In this document: one piece after another, positions 59,903 through 64,000 of the stretch
How the letters are laid out: each line of letters starts with the position of its first letter
Numbering within the stretch: position 1 is the stretch's first letter
Source of the DNA: Gammaproteobacteria bacterium
GTDB taxonomy: Bacteria > Pseudomonadota > Gammaproteobacteria > Ga0077536
Length of the DNA: 64,000 bases
Reading direction: 5' to 3'
Assembly (NCBI GenBank): GCA_024234975.1
Contig: JACKNH010000004.1
Span: 150,310 to 214,309, forward strand
Notes under the pieces: model-generated
The model's database searches: none
What the model was told of the DNA's origin: nothing
The model's input: only the letters and a program-made list of their open reading frames with translations
Translations under genes and position numbers: made by a program

Positions 59903-62033
59903 GATTCAGCTCGAAGCCTGCGGCACGGCGGTTGTCGAGATTGACCAGCCAGTCGGCAACGTCAGTGGCCGGCATCGCTGCACCGAACAGGAATCCCTGC
60001 AGTTCATCGCAATCATGGCTACGCAGAAACTTCATCTGCGCGGTGGTTTCCACGCCTTCTGCGACAACGCTCAGGCGCAGGCTGCGGGCCATACTGATGA
60101 TGGTCTTGACGATCACCGGGTCGTCGCGATCGCCGGTGATGTCCTGCACGAACGCCTGATCGATTTTCAGTACATCCAACGGCAGTCGCTGCAGGTAGCT
60201 CAACGACGAATATCCCGTACCGAAATCGTCGATGGCGATACCGAAACCATGTGATTTCAATTCGTTGATGATGCGAACCGCCGCATCGCAGTCCTGCATC
60301 AGGATGCTTTCGGTGATCTCCAGTTCAATCTGCGTCGCCGGTGTGCCATTTGCCGCGACGATACCGGCCAGGCGTTGATGCAGCGAAGGGCTCTTGAACT
60401 GGGCGCTGGACAGGTTGACGGCGCAATGGAAATCACCAATGCCCTGGTCACGCCAAAGCCGCAGTTGCTCTGCCACCCGCGCCAGTACCCACTCGCTGAT
60501 CGGTACGATGAGCCCGGTTTCCTCGGCGATGGGAATGAACTTGGATGGTGGCACCTGCTTGAGGTCCGGATGGTACCAGCGCAGCAGGGCTTCAAACCCG
60601 GCAATCGTGAGATCGGCGCCGCGTAACTTCGGCTGGAAGCAGACCATGAACTGGTCGCGTTCGAGTGCCCGGCGCAGATTCATTTCCATGGTCAGGCGCT
60701 GTACGGCGCGCAGGTTCATGGTCTTGGTGTAATAACGCTCGGTGTCATCATCTTCACTGCGTGCCTGGCCGGCAGCGGCGTTGGCGGCGCGGATCAGACT
60801 GTCGGCGTCATTGCCGTCAGCGGGCGACACGCTGATACCGACTGACGCGCGGATGAATATCTCCTGCTCGTCCACCGTCAGCGGCGCGTCCAGCGCTGCG
60901 CGCAGTTTCCGCGCGATGTCACCGGCGTGTTCCACTGCGTCGTCGATCGCCAGCAGTACCAGAAACTCACCGCCGTTGCCGCGCCCCAATTCAGCCTGCG
61001 TGGTGACGCCCCCCTGCAAGATGTCGCGCAGTCGTTGGCCGACGATGCGCAACACTTCATTGCCATGCCGGAACCCGAGCGTATCGTTGATGCGGCGGAA
61101 TTCGTTCAACTCCACCGCCAGCACCGCAACCGGGCGCCCGCCCTGCTCTCCGGCCTGCAGGAGTTGCTTGAGTTGTTGGTGTATCGAAGCGCGATTGGGC
61201 AGACCGGTCACCCCATCGTAGTGTTCCAGCTGGTGCAACTGGTGCTCGAAACTTCGGCGTTCGGTGACGTCCTGCACCGTGCCGATCAGACGGCATTCGC
61301 CGGCGCTGTTGCGGTCAGCAATGCCGACCAGGTCCAGTATCCGACCGTCGCGCGCAGGATCGCCCACGCATATTTCGAGATTGAATGAACTGCCGTCATC
61401 CAGGCTTTGCTCAAATGCCGCACTGATGGCGTCACGCTGACGGGTGTTGATGGCCGCGCCAAGGGTCCGGTAGTCATTGACGTGAATGTTTTCGTTGAGA
61501 CCGAACAGGCGCTGAACCTCGGGCGTCCAGATCGTGAAATTGCCGGTGGTATCGGTTTCCCAATGCCCCAGCTTGGCGATGCGCTGGGCCTGGGCCAGAC
61601 GTTGCTCACTGGCCCGCAATGCATCCGCGGTGGCCTTGGCCCGCAACAGGTAGCGCACCCGGTGGCTCAGCAGGTCGAAGTTGATGGGTTTGGTGATGAA
61701 ATCGGTCGCACCGACTTCGTAGGCACGGTTGATTGAGCCGACGTCATCAAGGCCGGTCATCATCATGATCGGGATGTGCCGCCATTGCGCGGCTTCGCGC
61801 AGACTGGCGCAGGCCTGGAAACCGTCGATGTCGGGCATCATCACATCGAGCAGAATCAAGTCGGGCTGCCAGGCATCAAGCCGGGCCAGCAGGTCGGCCG
61901 CGGTATGGGTGTCAATGACGGTGAATCCCGAATTCTCCAGTTCCGCCCGGGTAAGCACGCACAGCATCTCGTCGTCGTCGACAACGAGAATGACCGGTAC
62001 TGTGACTTCTTCTATGGGTGCACTAGGCGTCAT
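59859..62033 (-). CDS. Response-regulator c-di-GMP phosphodiesterase: REC-PAS-GGDEF(degenerate)-EAL
   Basis: REC domain: ILVVDDDEMLCVL...DLILLDVMMPDIDGF. PAS domain. GGDEF signature replaced by GRGNGGEFLVLL. EAL domain: FEALLRW, DDFGTGYSSLSYL and QGFLFGAA. Confidence 0.88.
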   Translation of the reverse strand: MTPSAPIEEVTVPVILVVDDDEMLCVLTRAELENSGFTVIDTHTAADLLARLDAWQPDLILLDVMMPDIDGFQACASLREAAQWRHIPIMMMTGLDDVGSINRAYEVGATDFITKPINFDLLSHRVRYLLRAKATADALRASEQRLAQAQRIAKLGHWETDTTGNFTIWTPEVQRLFGLNENIHVNDYRTLGAAINTRQRDAISAAFEQSLDDGSSFNLEICVGDPARDGRILDLVGIADRNSAGECRLIGTVQDVTERRSFEHQLHQLEHYDGVTGLPNRASIHQQLKQLLQAGEQGGRPVAVLAVELNEFRRINDTLGFRHGNEVLRIVGQRLRDILQGGVTTQAELGRGNGGEFLVLLAIDDAVEHAGDIARKLRAALDAPLTVDEQEIFIRASVGISVSPADGNDADSLIRAANAAAGQARSEDDDTERYYTKTMNLRAVQRLTMEMNLRRALERDQFMVCFQPKLRGADLTIAGFEALLRWYHPDLKQVPPSKFIPIAEETGLIVPISEWVLARVAEQLRLWRDQGIGDFHCAVNLSSAQFKSPSLHQRLAGIVAANGTPATQIELEITESILMQDCDAAVRIINELKSHGFGIAIDDFGTGYSSLSYLQRLPLDVLKIDQAFVQDITGDRDDPVIVKTIISMARSLRLSVVAEGVETTAQMKFLRSHDCDELQGFLFGAAMPATDVADWLVNLDNRRAAGFELNLKQTDSATRHSSTS

Positions 62034-62211
62034 CGCAGGTCCGCAAGGCGTCGGCTGGCCGCGGAATGGTTTCCGCTTTTAAGGCGCCAGCGATGTGTTA
62101 TCGGCACTGGAACGGCTTGTCTGGAGGGCTGACAGTCACCGGCAACACAGTCGCCGGCGACTCAGTAAGAATTTGATCGGGAAAGATTTTAAGTAATTTA
62201 CAACAGCGCAA

Positions 62212-63432
62212 TCAGGGCGCGGTCGGGGCAATCCGGAGTAGCGCGCCGTCGTCTTCATCGGTGACGACATACAGCAGTTCGTCCGGCCCCTGGCGCACAT
62301 CGCGGATGCGCTGGTGCAGGTCCGTCAGCAGGGTTTCGCGGCGCAGTTCGCCGAGGTCGTCATTGAATGCAACGCGCTCCAGCCCGCCGGTGCGCGGCAC
62401 CTCGCCGCGGCGGGAACTGCCGATGAACAGATTGCCACGCCATGCGGCCAGTTTGCTGCCGGTATAGAAACTCAGGCCGGTCGGGCCGATGGAAGGTACC
62501 CACAGCAGCAGCGGCGCACTGACGCCGTCGGGCAGCGGGTCATCGGTGATCTGCGTGCCATCGTAGTTACGGCCGAAGCTGGCGCGCGGCCAGCCATAGT
62601 TCTGGCCTGGCAGGATTCGATTGACCTCGTCGCCACCATTGGGCCCATGTTCGGCCGCCAATACGGCGCCGCTGGCGGGATCCACCGTGAGACCGAGTTG
62701 GTCACGGTGTCCCACCGATACCACAGCGGGATGTCCCCCACGGCCGTCGGCAAACGGGTTGTCTGCGGGAATGCTGCCATCGGCATTGATGCGTAACACC
62801 TTGCCGTAGATGTTGGCGGGGTTCTGGGCGTCGTCACTGAATGGCGCACCGGTGGTGATGTAAAGGGTTCCATCTTTGGCGAACGCAAGGCGCGAGCCGC
62901 TGGCGCCCGGCGTCTGCGGGCCGCTCAGCAGTTCCTCGACCTGGGCGAGTGAGCCGTTTTCGAAGCGTCCACGGGCGACGACCAGCGAACTCGGTCGGCG
63001 GCGGGAATCCGCGCCGGCTTCGCCGAGCCGGTTGAAACTGAAGTAAACGAGGTGGTTGGTGGCGTAGTCGGGATGTGGCACGACGTCATGCAGGCCGCCG
63101 CCGCGCGATTGTGCTGGCGCCGGAGCGCCGGTGACGGGCTGTGTGACCAGCTCCGGGCTGGCGCCGGTGGCGCCACGAACCCAGCGCAGGTTACCGCCAC
63201 GTTCGCTGATCAGTGCATCACCGTCCGGCAGCATCGCCAATGCGAAGGGGTGGTTGATGCCACGGATCAGTACCGATACCTCGATACCGTGCTGCTCGGC
63301 GGTATCGAACCGGTAAACCGGCGCTGACAGTGTGACCGGAGCAATGCCGATGTCAGGTTGCTGGGCACATGCCAGGCCGCCGGTCAGCGTGAACAGTGCG
63401 GCGGCAGCGCTCGCCCTCAATGCGTGGTTCAT
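62212..63432 (-). CDS. Secreted PQQ-dependent sugar (glucose/sorbosone) dehydrogenase-family beta-propeller
   Basis: Signal peptide MNHALRASAAAALFTLTGGLACAQ, and HGPNGGDEVNRILPGQNYGWP. Confidence 0.8.
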   Translation of the reverse strand: MNHALRASAAAALFTLTGGLACAQQPDIGIAPVTLSAPVYRFDTAEQHGIEVSVLIRGINHPFALAMLPDGDALISERGGNLRWVRGATGASPELVTQPVTGAPAPAQSRGGGLHDVVPHPDYATNHLVYFSFNRLGEAGADSRRRPSSLVVARGRFENGSLAQVEELLSGPQTPGASGSRLAFAKDGTLYITTGAPFSDDAQNPANIYGKVLRINADGSIPADNPFADGRGGHPAVVSVGHRDQLGLTVDPASGAVLAAEHGPNGGDEVNRILPGQNYGWPRASFGRNYDGTQITDDPLPDGVSAPLLLWVPSIGPTGLSFYTGSKLAAWRGNLFIGSSRRGEVPRTGGLERVAFNDDLGELRRETLLTDLHQRIRDVRQGPDELLYVVTDEDDGALLRIAPTAP

Positions 63433-63484
63433 GGTTCGCTCCCCCTGTCATTTGTATCGCCGGCACGTTGACCGGCTGCCACGA

Positions 63485-64000
63485 TCATGTTGTGACCGAC
63501 ACCCGAACCGCCAGTTCGTGCTCGCCGCTGCCAAGCACGACGCCGCGCAAGGGTGTGACGTCGGCGAAATCCCGGCCCCAGCCGACGGTGATGAACTCCA
63601 GGTTGGCGCGTTTGCCGTTGGTCGGATCGAAACCCACCCAGCCAAGACCAGGCATGTAGCTTTCCAGCCAGGCGTGTGAGGCGTCGGCGCCGACCAGTTT
63701 CTCCTTGCCCGGTGGCGGCTGATTCAGGATATAGCCGCTGACGTATCGCGCGGGCAGCTTCATTGAGCGCAGGCAGCTCAGCATCAGGTGGGCGAAGTCC
63801 TGGCAAACGCCGCGCCGGTGCGCGAGGACCTCGCTGACCGGTGTTGAAATGGAAGTGGCTTCAGGGTCGTAGGCGAACTCGGTGCGGATCCGTAAAGTCA
63901 GATCAAGCATGGCTTCCAGCCAGGGTCGACCCGGTGGAAAGCTTTTCCGGCCATAACCGAGAGCGTCTGGCAAGCGGGGAGCAAGGCTCGAACCCAGGCG
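63485..64000 (-). CDS. Transglutaminase-like family protein (C-terminal part; 5' end outside the window)
   Basis: RRGVCQDFAHLMLSCLRSMKLPARYVSGY...DASHAWLESYMPGLGWVGFDPTNG (Cys-His-Asp core). The frame stays open to nt 64000. Confidence 0.85.
   Translation of the reverse strand, partial: RLGSSLAPRLPDALGYGRKSFPPGRPWLEAMLDLTLRIRTEFAYDPEATSISTPVSEVLAHRRGVCQDFAHLMLSCLRSMKLPARYVSGYILNQPPPGKEKLVGADASHAWLESYMPGLGWVGFDPTNGKRANLEFITVGWGRDFADVTPLRGVVLGSGEHELAVRVSVTT

Overview
High-GC gammaproteobacterial chromosome segment. Its core synteny is of the Xanthomonadales/Pseudomonas type. I found no rRNA, tRNA, CRISPR array, transposase, integrase or phage genes. The left 13.3 kb holds the 3' ~13 kb of a giant adhesin-like gene (conceptually >4,400 codons) that starts upstream of the window. 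Its modules in order are: a DUF4347-like N module, parallel beta-helix repeats, two LamG domains, a C-type lectin with EPN/WND motifs, PKD, NHL, cadherin/Ig-like modules, 12 tandem 279-bp (93-aa) repeats, a low-complexity linker and a C-terminal hydrophobic anchor. Its reading frame is broken at ten or more places. Its stop codon overlaps (ATGA) the start of a TM-PAS-GGDEF-GGDEF(degenerate)-EAL gene. The remaining ~50 kb is mostly housekeeping: tyrB-like aminotransferase, tex, trpE, rpe, queG, gcvR, dapA, bamC, der-bamB-yfgM-hisS-rodZ-pilW-rlmN-ndk, an iscR-sufABCDS-sufT operon, cysE, valS-holC-pepA and lptG. Two further large c-di-GMP turnover proteins are also present. The least conventional element is a tightly coupled minus-strand string in which a CHAD (polyphosphate-binding family) protein is translationally coupled to an orphan ParA/MinD-type ATPase, just downstream of a PIN-PhoH (PhoH2) gene. 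I propose this, as inference only, as a candidate polyphosphate-granule positioning pair. Several short patches are dense in indels: inside the giant gene, and across rpe plus an alpha/beta-hydrolase gene at 23.3-24.9 kb. They look more like local consensus or assembly errors than gene decay, but the sequence alone cannot settle this. All calls come from reading the ORF translations and the DNA by eye. No searches were run.
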